DNA of 28,225 nucleotides from positions 1 through 28,225 of IMG/VR virus record IMGVR_UViG_3300020045_017228; one strand, 5' to 3'. The position numbers and the translations under genes are program-made. The stretch is from a virus. Its lineage: Duplodnaviria; Caudoviricetes. The notes beneath the pieces are model-generated. The model did not search any database. It was not told the origin of the DNA and was given only the letters and a program-made list of their open reading frames with translations. Shown here piece after piece: positions 18,273 through 25,424 of this stretch. How positions within the stretch are numbered: position 1 is the stretch's first letter; each line of letters opens with the position of its first letter.

Positions 18273-18445
18273 TTAGTGTCTCCTAAGAAATTTTTATAAG
18301 GCTTACCATCTAGTATTATTTCAACTTCAATATATCTAAATTTTTCCGTTGAAGAAATTAATTTAGCAACTTTGATAAGTTTATCATTAAGTTCATTATT
18401 AAAATCCTTCGTTGATTTGCTTAAGGCAGAATTGTCAATTTCCAT
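18269..18445 (-). CDS. Small hypothetical protein (58 aa; not in the ORF track)
   Basis: MEIDNSALSK...KPYKNFLGDTK; ATGA overlap with the 18272 start. Confidence 0.5.
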   Translation of the reverse strand: MEIDNSALSKSTKDFNNELNDKLIKVAKLISSTEKFRYIEVEIILDGKPYKNFLGDTK

Positions 18446-18458
18446 TTTAAAAAGTGGT

Positions 18459-18740
18459 TTAAATCGAAGGTTTAGTTGGAGTTAAAAAGTCATCAATTAT
18501 AATATAATCTGTCTTATTTCCGTTGTGTCTTGGGATTGGAGCATCTAATGGAATTCTTTTGGGTGATGACCCTCTAGCCAAATCCATTCTGATTGTTGTG
18601 GGCATTATTGGTGTGTGGGGATTATTTTTAATTTCCTCTTGCAGGTTTTCAAGAATATCTTTTTGCCAACTATACAATTTTTTATCCAAAACTTTTTCAG
18701 CAAATTCTGAAAATGAGATTGGCTCACATTTGTTTGTCAT
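18459..18740 (-). CDS. Mini protein with terminase-ATPase-like motifs (relic or mimic)
   Basis: FSEFAEKVL..KLYSWQKDILE (Q-motif-like), IPRHNGNKT (Walker A-like), DYIIIDD (Walker B-like). Confidence 0.5.
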   Translation of the reverse strand: MTNKCEPISFSEFAEKVLDKKLYSWQKDILENLQEEIKNNPHTPIMPTTIRMDLARGSSPKRIPLDAPIPRHNGNKTDYIIIDDFLTPTKPSI

Positions 18741-18771
18741 ACTTAAAATAAATTGTTTCTCGTTAAAGTTC

Positions 18772-18800
18772 AGAACATCTTATATACAATAAGATGTTCT
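18772..18800. promoter_or_regulatory. 12-bp perfect inverted repeat
   Basis: AGAACATCTTAT-ATACA-ATAAGATGTTCT, intergenic. Confidence 0.55.
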
Positions 18801-18803
18801 AAG

Positions 18804-19007
18804 TTATTTATCAAGATTATTTTCTTCGTCAGACAGGCAATATTTTTCTTTCATCTCAGAATATTTACCGTGCCAATACGACATCCGCTCTCTTTCTTGT
18901 TTTAATTCTTTTTGAAGTTTTGAAATATCTAACCACGCTTTGATTAAATAAATTATTGTAGCGGCGGTAAGAGTAGTGAATTGATTAATGATCTCTGCGG
19001 TCATCAC
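18804..19007 (-). CDS. Small membrane-anchored coiled-coil protein
   Basis: N-terminal hydrophobic segment followed by a charged helix. Confidence 0.55.
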   Translation of the reverse strand: MMTAEIINQFTTLTAATIIYLIKAWLDISKLQKELKQERERMSYWHGKYSEMKEKYCLSDEENNLDK

Positions 19008-19228
19008 ATCCTCACATCTTTAACTGTTTCCATTATTGGAGGATTTTTATTGTCTTCCTTGTAGTAATTAACATCAAGAAGTTCAATCAAATCTCTAACC
19101 ACACTACAAAGTCTTTTTATATTATTTTGAGCTATATCTCGATCATTTGGATTTGATAATTCAATTCCTACCGTTTCTGCGTATAAAGCTTTTAGCATAG
19201 GTTGTTTAATTTTTATTTCTGCGGTCAT
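19004..19228 (-). CDS. Hypothetical protein
   Basis: 74 aa, translationally coupled. Confidence 0.55.
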   Translation of the reverse strand: MTAEIKIKQPMLKALYAETVGIELSNPNDRDIAQNNIKRLCSVVRDLIELLDVNYYKEDNKNPPIMETVKDVRM

Positions 19229-19457
19229 TGTTATGAATTCTATTTATTGCTGTGCTAGAAATTTTTAAGCATTCAAAAATATTTAAAGGAAAATCTTTTA
19301 TTTTATGGTCAACAACGCTTACAACTCTCCACCCATTAGAACCTCTCATATCAGATTTTCCGAAAGAGATAAATTTTTTATCAAGAATGCAAATCAATAA
19401 ACCAGTTCCTTCGCAATAATCTATGACTTCTTCGGTTGTTTTGAAAACTTCTCTCAT
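19206..19457 (-). CDS. Hypothetical protein
   Basis: 83 aa starting 2 bp after the terS stop, with GAGGGG RBS. Confidence 0.55.
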   Translation of the reverse strand: MREVFKTTEEVIDYCEGTGLLICILDKKFISFGKSDMRGSNGWRVVSVVDHKIKDFPLNIFECLKISSTAINRIHNNDRRNKN

Positions 19458-19459
19458 TT

Positions 19460-19963
19460 TTACCCCTCAATTATTTTAGCCTCACCAGCCCGCTTCTTAT
19501 CCACGTGCTCTTCAAGCCAATTACAAAAAGTTTCTAGTAGTGTCATATCAAGCATAGCAACGAGGTATTTTGAGGTGTCTAGGATTTTTTGAGGTTCTAT
19601 GTCGGAAAGGGTAGGGATGTTAGGGTTTGAATCGCCCGCTCCCATTTCAAAACTAATAAGCCCCTTCACAGTATCGGTCGAAGATTGACCCCAGTCTTTT
19701 ATTATCGACTTAGCAAATAATCTAATCGCTACTGGCATTTTATCATTCACAGCAAGAGCAATAACTTTATCTTTAGGAAGATAAGCAAGCATTCTCAAAA
19801 ACTCACGAGCAGTGCTTTTATTCATCTGAATATCACACTCAATCTCCAATTCCTCTTTTAACTGATTTAAGTAGGTTTTTGGACGACCATTAGGATTGGC
19901 AGTTTCTCCTTTTTCGAGAACCATAAGAGTGCCACCATTTTTACCCTTTATCGCTCTAGCCAC
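19460..19963 (-). CDS. terS: Putative terminase small subunit
   Basis: N-terminal EKGETANPNGRPK matches the FxKGxSGNPxGRPK TerS-type motif; preceded by a ParB-N gene, a common arrangement. Confidence 0.7.
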   Translation of the reverse strand: MARAIKGKNGGTLMVLEKGETANPNGRPKTYLNQLKEELEIECDIQMNKSTAREFLRMLAYLPKDKVIALAVNDKMPVAIRLFAKSIIKDWGQSSTDTVKGLISFEMGAGDSNPNIPTLSDIEPQKILDTSKYLVAMLDMTLLETFCNWLEEHVDKKRAGEAKIIEG

Positions 19964-19982
19964 TTTGTTTTAACTTTGTAAT

Positions 19983-20561
19983 TTATTTTCTAGCCAAAAT
20001 CACATCAAAAGGGCAATCAATCAATTTATCAGATAGCCACGACACAAACTCATCTCTCTGCGATTTGATGCACTTAACCACAATTTTATCTTCTAAGCTG
20101 TTCTCTTTGCCTTTTTCCTCTTTTGATTCTTCATCCATCAATAAATTCACTCCCCAGTCGATTAACTCACTAGCATTCCACCTATTAGCGAGCTCTTCAT
20201 ATTCCCAAGATCCGTTTAATACATTATCTTTTATAATAATTTCACGTTCTTTTTCTTCTGTTAGATTTTCAATCAATGAGGTAGGAACTTCTTTAAGTTT
20301 TATATGTCTTGCCGCTTCATACCTTTGATTTCCACAAATAACAACTAGACCACCAGTTCTATTGCTTAAAATCAAAGGACGCTTTTCAAAATACTCAGGA
20401 AGATCAGAAATGGATTTACATAATCTTTTAAAATCATCGTCTTTAATAACTCTGGGATTATTTGGGAGTTTTTTTAAATCAGATAATTTCCGATAAATTA
20501 TCATAGACACTCTGATTGATTCAGGAGCTTTCTGGGTTTCTTTTTTTGGGCTTTTTTTCAT
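19983..20561 (-). CDS. ParB N-terminal-domain protein
   Basis: LKKLPNNPR, RPLIL, VICGNQRYEAA and IIKDN..GSW motifs. Confidence 0.85.
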   Translation of the reverse strand: MKKSPKKETQKAPESIRVSMIIYRKLSDLKKLPNNPRVIKDDDFKRLCKSISDLPEYFEKRPLILSNRTGGLVVICGNQRYEAARHIKLKEVPTSLIENLTEEKEREIIIKDNVLNGSWEYEELANRWNASELIDWGVNLLMDEESKEEKGKENSLEDKIVVKCIKSQRDEFVSWLSDKLIDCPFDVILARK

Positions 20562-20785
20562 TACCTGCTTAAATTTTCAGTGAGTAATTCTAAATCAGCA
20601 ATCCTATTGCCCTGGGCTATGATATTTATCTGCATAACGGTTTGAAGACAGTCAATTTTATCTTTATCAGTCATTTTGTCAAAGTTCAATTGGCAGTTTT
20701 TAACCTCTTCCTTCTTTTTGAGGATTTTAGCTTGCGCGATATTTGGTAATAAAAAAATGGCAAAAAATAAAAATAGATATTTCAT
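20561..20785 (-). CDS. Small exported protein
   Basis: Signal peptide MKYLFLFFAIFLLPNIAQA; two Cys residues. Confidence 0.65.
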   Translation of the reverse strand: MKYLFLFFAIFLLPNIAQAKILKKKEEVKNCQLNFDKMTDKDKIDCLQTVMQINIIAQGNRIADLELLTENLSR

Positions 20786-20797
20786 AAATTTTAAATT

Positions 20798-21886
20798 TTA
20801 AATCACTCCCAATCTTCTAGAAAAAAGAAATACAGTTTTAATCTTGGCGAAAATCCTCTTTCTTAATTGTTTGAGAATTTTTGAAGTTTTTACCGAATTC
20901 AAATCTAGAAACAACGCTCTTTCTGCGTATTTCGCTCTAAAATCTTTCATCTGATAGCCAAATTTACTTTTGATTCTTTCTCTTAGTTCATCATTTGACA
21001 TTATGTTATAGAGATTAAATAATCCCGAACTAGCGTAAGAAAGACAACCGTGATCTGAATAATAATTAGAAACAACAAAAGCAATTAAATCAATATCTTG
21101 ATCTTTCAATATTTGAGCAAAAAGATCGTTGGGCAATAACTTCTTCACTAGCTTAACTGATTGAATATTAATGAAATATTTAACGTAGTAAATGTTTTCA
21201 AACATCGATGAGTTGATAATTTTTTGGTGCTTAGAGGAAGAGGAAGCCTGATTTTCATGTATTCTATAATTACATACAACGTCTTCTAAGCACTTAAATT
21301 TGTAGTGATTGATGAGCAGTTGAACCCAAATTGTCATATCGAATTGAGTGTGTAGCACTTTATCAAACTCAATATCTTTTAGAATTTCCAACCGGCACAT
21401 TGAAGCCGGGTAAGGAAGAATTGACGAGCCATTAAAATAGTGCTTTAATATTTCTATTTCATTTAACCCAAGCCCAGCGTGACTATTCCACCAAAAATCA
21501 CCAGTTGGTTTTAAATCTTTATCAACAAATCTCATATTACCGAAGACAATATCCACATCTTGATTAGCTTCTAAAAAAAGATAAAGATTTTGTAAACAAT
21601 CTTTGTGCATCACGTCATCAGCACAAAAAGGCTTATAATATTTACCAGTCGCAACTTTTAGAGCTTCAATCATTAACAAGCCGCCGCCGGCCCCGTAATT
21701 TTGGGTTAGATTGATATGTTTGATTCTTTTGTCTTGATATGATTGAGCGATTAGTTCGCTACCATCTGTTGAAGCATGATTTAAAAGTATTAGCTCAAAA
21801 TCAGTAAATGATTGGCTCAGAATTGAACCGATACATTGAGCAAGAAAATTTCTATCATTATAATACGGAACAAAAACACTTATCAT
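20798..21886 (-). CDS. Glycosyltransferase family 2
   Basis: ISVFVPYYN, SILSQSFTDFELILL, STDGS, GKYY...ADD and YRIH motifs. Confidence 0.92.
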   Translation of the reverse strand: MISVFVPYYNDRNFLAQCIGSILSQSFTDFELILLNHASTDGSELIAQSYQDKRIKHINLTQNYGAGGGLLMIEALKVATGKYYKPFCADDVMHKDCLQNLYLFLEANQDVDIVFGNMRFVDKDLKPTGDFWWNSHAGLGLNEIEILKHYFNGSSILPYPASMCRLEILKDIEFDKVLHTQFDMTIWVQLLINHYKFKCLEDVVCNYRIHENQASSSSKHQKIINSSMFENIYYVKYFINIQSVKLVKKLLPNDLFAQILKDQDIDLIAFVVSNYYSDHGCLSYASSGLFNLYNIMSNDELRERIKSKFGYQMKDFRAKYAERALFLDLNSVKTSKILKQLRKRIFAKIKTVFLFSRRLGVI

Positions 21887-21889
21887 TTC

Positions 21890-22126
21890 TTAATTTATTT
21901 TAATTTGATCTTTAAATTCCCAAAGCTGTAACAACGCCCGGCAACGAGCTGGGATATTTTTGCCCCACGCACTCACAACATCTTTAGAACTTACACCCAC
22001 TGCCTTGGCGATAACTTCATTCTTAACCTTGTGTTTCTTCTTCAAAGCAAGAAAACGCTCGGCTTCTTCTGGTTTAAGAAGTTCAGCTTTTTGTCGTTTG
22101 CTTTTTCCTTTTAAATTTTCTGTCAA
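21890..22126 (-). CDS. HTH transcriptional regulator (Cro/XRE-like)
   Basis: NEVIAKAVGVSSKDVVSAW helix-turn-helix; first gene of the leftward arm; TTG start. Confidence 0.65.
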   Translation of the reverse strand: MTENLKGKSKRQKAELLKPEEAERFLALKKKHKVKNEVIAKAVGVSSKDVVSAWGKNIPARCRALLQLWEFKDQIKIN

Positions 22127-22198
22127 AATATAATTCAGTTTAAATTTTAAGTAGATTATAATTTATAATAGTTTGTACACTATAGCATACTTTTGACA

Positions 22199-22226
22199 AC
22201 TATAATATAATCATTACTCTTGTCAA
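22199..22226 (-). promoter_or_regulatory. Leftward sigma70 promoter
   Basis: Minus strand TTGACA (22226-22221), 16-bp spacer, TATAGT (22204-22199). Confidence 0.55.
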
Positions 22227-22385
22227 GAATTAATTATATTTAATCATTAAATACAAAAAAGTTATTGATTAATCAATTTAATTATATAATATAATCTTAA
22301 TTGATTAATTAAAAGAACTACGGAGCCTTTATTTACATAGTTCTTAGTGAGAAAGATAAATAATGATAAATTATCATCTTTTTTC

Positions 22386-22414
22386 TTGACACAATTAAAT
22401 TATCAATCTAACAT
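22386..22414 (+). promoter_or_regulatory. Rightward sigma70 promoter for the early genes
   Basis: TTGACA, 17-bp spacer, TAACAT. Confidence 0.6.
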
Positions 22415-22470
22415 CTACTCAACATCAAATAAATTGATGAGAAAATTAATAACAAATTTGGAGAAAAAAT

Positions 22471-22686
22471 ATGGAAAATAGAACTGAAAAAGTGAATCCC
22501 GAGGATATTCAAGGAGGAGATACTATAATTATTAATGGCGGAATGCAAACAGTGGGGAAAAAAGATATTATTAAAGGATTCTGCGGGATTATGATCTGTG
22601 GATTTAATGCTAGAAAAGGTATAGATAGAGTTCTTTTTCCGAAATGGTCTAAGGGTCAATTTGTTGGCTATGTTCGGCAGCTTTAA
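22471..22686 (+). CDS. Hypothetical early protein
   Basis: 71 aa with GGAG RBS. Confidence 0.7.
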   Translation: MENRTEKVNPEDIQGGDTIIINGGMQTVGKKDIIKGFCGIMICGFNARKGIDRVLFPKWSKGQFVGYVRQL

Positions 22687-22714
22687 AATTTAATAACAAA
22701 AAAACGGAGTAAAT

Positions 22715-22984
22715 ATGAAAAATAAACTTTATAAAATCGCAACTACAATTTCAGGTGAAGAATTAGACAACGGTTTAGTTAGATCCGGCGCTAAAAATGA
22801 TTTTTACTATGACGAATGTCGTTCTGAAGAAGAGAAATTGGATCAAATTAAAGCTATTGCAGAAAATGTAGTTGAATGTTCAGTCACTCAAGAAGAAGCA
22901 GAAATAATAATGAATTATCTTGATGCTGATTTTGAAGATAGTTCAGCACATTATTATGCTTTAGAAGCTCTGTTTGATAAATAA
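22715..22984 (+). CDS. Acidic hypothetical early protein
   Basis: 89 aa with GGAG RBS; D/E-rich. Confidence 0.7.
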   Translation: MKNKLYKIATTISGEELDNGLVRSGAKNDFYYDECRSEEEKLDQIKAIAENVVECSVTQEEAEIIMNYLDADFEDSSAHYYALEALFDK

Positions 22985-22998
22985 AATATTCAGAAAAT

Positions 22999-23289
22999 AT
23001 GAAAAAATTATGTAAGATTTGTGGGACAGAATTTGAGCCAATCAGAACACAAACTAAAATATGTTCTGATAAATGTCGAAAAAAGAATATGAGTTTACTT
23101 GCGATGAAATCAATGAATCGAAGTGAGGCAGTAAAAAAAAGACACTTAGATGCAGTTCTTCGTTATGAATCTAAACAAGAAGTTAGAAATCTTAGAAAAA
23201 AGCGATTACACATAAAAATTTTAAAGCTAGAAAAAATCACAAAGAAATTCTTAAAGGAATTAGGAAAGCTTCTGAAAGAAGAAATTTAA
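22999..23289 (+). CDS. Zinc-binding basic protein
   Basis: CKICG...ICSDKC motif and Lys/Arg-rich helix. Confidence 0.65.
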   Translation: MKKLCKICGTEFEPIRTQTKICSDKCRKKNMSLLAMKSMNRSEAVKKRHLDAVLRYESKQEVRNLRKKRLHIKILKLEKITKKFLKELGKLLKEEI

Positions 23290-23360
23290 TTAACAACAAA
23301 AAGGAGTTCTATGCCAGATATAAATCAAATCGAACTATGCGACTTACTTAACACTTCCCT

Positions 23361-23576
23361 GTGCGGGGCGGAGAAAAAATTGCTACCTGCACCATTAATA
23401 TTGATGGAATAAATTTAGAAAAAAATGAGGTTATAATAAAGGATTATGGTGAGAACGAAGGAATGTTTAAGTCTTTAATCAAGGCTGAAGTGATAAAAGA
23501 TACTGGAAAAGCAATAGAGCAGGATTATGGAACTCATACCCTACTTCATCCAATTGGTGAATTAATTAAAGAATAA
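23361..23576 (+). CDS. Hypothetical phage protein, possibly 5'-disrupted
   Basis: GEKIATCTIN...EVIIKDYGENEG motif resembles a common small phage family; the best RBS and ATG (23311) are in another frame. Confidence 0.5.
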   Translation: MRGGEKIATCTINIDGINLEKNEVIIKDYGENEGMFKSLIKAEVIKDTGKAIEQDYGTHTLLHPIGELIKE

Positions 23577-23672
23577 CCCTCTCCACAGGGTTTCAATTTG
23601 GCTAACTTCGGTTAGTCAATGGTGGCGGCACTGGTAAAATGCTCTTGAGGGGCAACCAGTGTCCGACACCAT
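23575..23672 (+). ncRNA. Candidate structured RNA (three consecutive hairpins)
   Basis: AACCCT/AGGGTT; TTGGCTAAC-TTCG-GTTAGTCAA; ATGGTG..CACTGGT...ACCAGTG..CACCAT. Confidence 0.45.
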
Positions 23673-23756
23673 CCAGTTCTGAGGTGATGTTTAATCACAA
23701 CGATTGCTACTGAAAAACGCAACCGCTTTTTTTGTTTTAATGCAAAGAAAAATAAA

Positions 23757-23921
23757 ATGCAAATTACAATAAGTGTAGTGATATTTCTTTTAGTAATTTG
23801 GTTGATCCTGGGGTTATATGTGCATTATGGAAAAAAAGATACGGCAAAGCAAATAAAGAAGATAAGAGAATCATCGAATAGCCCAGATTCTTCAACAACT
23901 AATTCAAAAAAGGAGGTATAA
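23757..23921 (+). CDS. Small single-TM protein (54 aa; not in the ORF track)
   Basis: MQITISVVIFLLVIWLILGLYVHYGKKD... Confidence 0.6.
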   Translation: MQITISVVIFLLVIWLILGLYVHYGKKDTAKQIKKIRESSNSPDSSTTNSKKEV

Positions 23922-23923
23922 AA

Positions 23924-24058
23924 ATGTTATATGCAATATTAGTTATCAATGTAGTTTTGTTGATAATCGCTATTCTAAATTTTGCAGTTCACGCTGTTTC
24001 AATAAAAGCAACGGGAATCGATAAAAAAATAAGAGAGCAGTTGAAGCTGCCCTCTTAA
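23924..24058 (+). CDS. Small single-TM protein (44 aa; not in the ORF track)
   Basis: AAGGAGGT RBS; MLYAILVINVVLLIIAILNFAVHAVSIK... Confidence 0.65.
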   Translation: MLYAILVINVVLLIIAILNFAVHAVSIKATGIDKKIREQLKLPS

Positions 24059-24108
24059 ATATATTGCGTTCAAAAGCGTTCAAACTTACTAAACAATCAA
24101 TATTTTAT

Positions 24109-24246
24109 ATGAAAAAATTCAAATATCAACATCCAATCCTATCAAATTCCGCTAAAATAGTTGGATTTTTGGCTTTATCGTCTCTTTTTGCTTATCCATA
24201 CCCGGTTTTCTGGACTATCAGGTGGGGGGCACAGATTATTAGTTAA
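24109..24246 (+). CDS. Small hydrophobic protein (45 aa)
   Basis: MKKFKYQHPILSNSAKIVGFLALSSLFAYPYPVFW...; ATG at 24109. Confidence 0.5.
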   Translation: MKKFKYQHPILSNSAKIVGFLALSSLFAYPYPVFWTIRWGAQIIS

Positions 24247-24262
24247 ATAAACGTGGTTTATG

Positions 24263-24290
24263 ACCTTCCTTGTCAGGCGGGGAAGGTTTT
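24263..24290 (+). terminator. Rho-independent terminator
   Basis: ACCTTCCTTGTC-A-GGCGGGGAAGGT stem followed by a T-run. Confidence 0.65.
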
Positions 24291-24313
24291 AATTATTAAA
24301 ATAAAGGGGGAAA

Positions 24314-24856
24314 ATGGCAGAATATAGAATATTGCACAAGAAATTTTGGAGTGATCCAAAAGTCCGAGATTTGACCGATAGACAGCGTTTATTTTTTATT
24401 TATGCTGTAACAGGAATTGAATCTTGCACTTTTACGAATACCGGCATTTGTGAAATTCATCGCTCTAGTTTTCAAAATATGTTAGCGTGGGAACTGAATG
24501 AGATTGATGAGATAATAAATTTTTTTAATTATTCGCGCCCCGATCTGCTAGAATATGATCACAAAGAGCATATTGTCTATATTAAGTCATTTTTCAAATA
24601 TAATGGCGCTTATAAAAAAGGAATTAGCGGTTTGATTAAAGATTTTGAAGAATCTGGGAAAAAAGTGCCAGCATTTTGGACAGATTTTGGGCAAAGATAC
24701 CGGAAAGAATTAAACAAAAGTTTTGAAAAATTAACTGGCGATGAGCAGGTTTTTTTAGTAAAACTTTTTGAATTGAAAGATAAAAAGCCGGTGGGGGATG
24801 TTAAAAATTGTCATATTGAAAAAATGGCAGCTCAAAGTTATTCACAAAGTTATTAA
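24314..24856 (+). CDS. Replication initiator / replisome-organiser-like winged-helix protein
   Basis: N-terminal YR.L...FWSDPKV..L....RLFFIY..T is typical of phage initiator N-termini; followed by DnaA-box-like repeats. Confidence 0.6.
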   Translation: MAEYRILHKKFWSDPKVRDLTDRQRLFFIYAVTGIESCTFTNTGICEIHRSSFQNMLAWELNEIDEIINFFNYSRPDLLEYDHKEHIVYIKSFFKYNGAYKKGISGLIKDFEESGKKVPAFWTDFGQRYRKELNKSFEKLTGDEQVFLVKLFELKDKKPVGDVKNCHIEKMAAQSYSQSY

Positions 24857-25040
24857 CAGCGTCGGTATTAGCTTGGTAGCTTTTTTTTAAAATAGAGCTA
24901 TACGAGTGCTGACTGGGCAGCTTTAGAAAAGTTATTAACAATTTTAACAGGCTTTAGAATCAATAAAATCAAGGGTTTTCAGACTTATTAACATTTGCCT
25001 AGATTTTAGTTAAGTTATATTAAGTTAAGTTAAGTTTTTT
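24838..25040 (+). other. Putative replication origin
   Basis: TTATTCACA at 24838, TTATTAACA at 24850, 24932 and 24985, then an AT-rich TAAGT pentamer run at ~25006-25035. Confidence 0.55.
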
Positions 25041-25175
25041 TTAGATTGTTAAGACCTTTTTTAAATTTATCTCTCTTTTCTTTTTTTTGCCGATTTTTTA
25101 AAAAACTCTTGAAACTTAAAATTAATACTAAATATTAGCTATATTCCAACATCATTATTTATTTATGATTTATTT

Positions 25176-25424
25176 ATGAAAAGCCAGAACCTCACAGAAC
25201 AACAAAGCGTCGTCTATAATTTCTTACTAGAAACCAATCAAAATGGAATTTCCAAAGCCAGTAATGCGGTTATTTGTAAAGAAATGGCTAAGGCTAGCTT
25301 AGATGTTCGAGAAAGCTATGTAACGATAATTTTAAGGGCTATTGAACGAAAAGGGAAAATTAAAATTGAAAGTGGGTATAAGAAAATGGTTAGTGGAAGA
25401 ACTAGAACTATAACAATTTTGTAA
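25176..25424 (+). CDS. Winged-HTH DNA-binding protein
   Basis: LTEQQSVVYNFL...ILRAIERKGKI resembles a LexA-type N-terminal domain. Confidence 0.65.
   Translation: MKSQNLTEQQSVVYNFLLETNQNGISKASNAVICKEMAKASLDVRESYVTIILRAIERKGKIKIESGYKKMVSGRTRTITIL

Noticed and set aside
19983-20561. ParB-N protein as the partner of ParA
   Set aside because: It lacks an obvious HTH and lies beside terS, as is common for phage ParB-N proteins; ParA has its own adjacent RHH partner.
1086-22659. Opposite-strand or alternative-frame ORFs in the track (e.g. 1086-1343, 1756-1974, 2135-2338, 4041-4250, 6111-6305, 8255-8470, 8646-8966, 9887-10195, 9906-10223, 10907-11134, 12413-12945, 13355-14239, 18016-18276, 18523-18792, 20065-20328, 22408-22659)
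   Set aside because: They are shadows of well-supported genes, with no RBS or family motifs. 27847-28029 is rejected for the same reason.
24066-24084. GCGTTCAAAA tandem duplication as a LexA box
   Set aside because: The spacing is GTTC-N6-GTTC, not the alphaproteobacterial N7, and it is a single occurrence.
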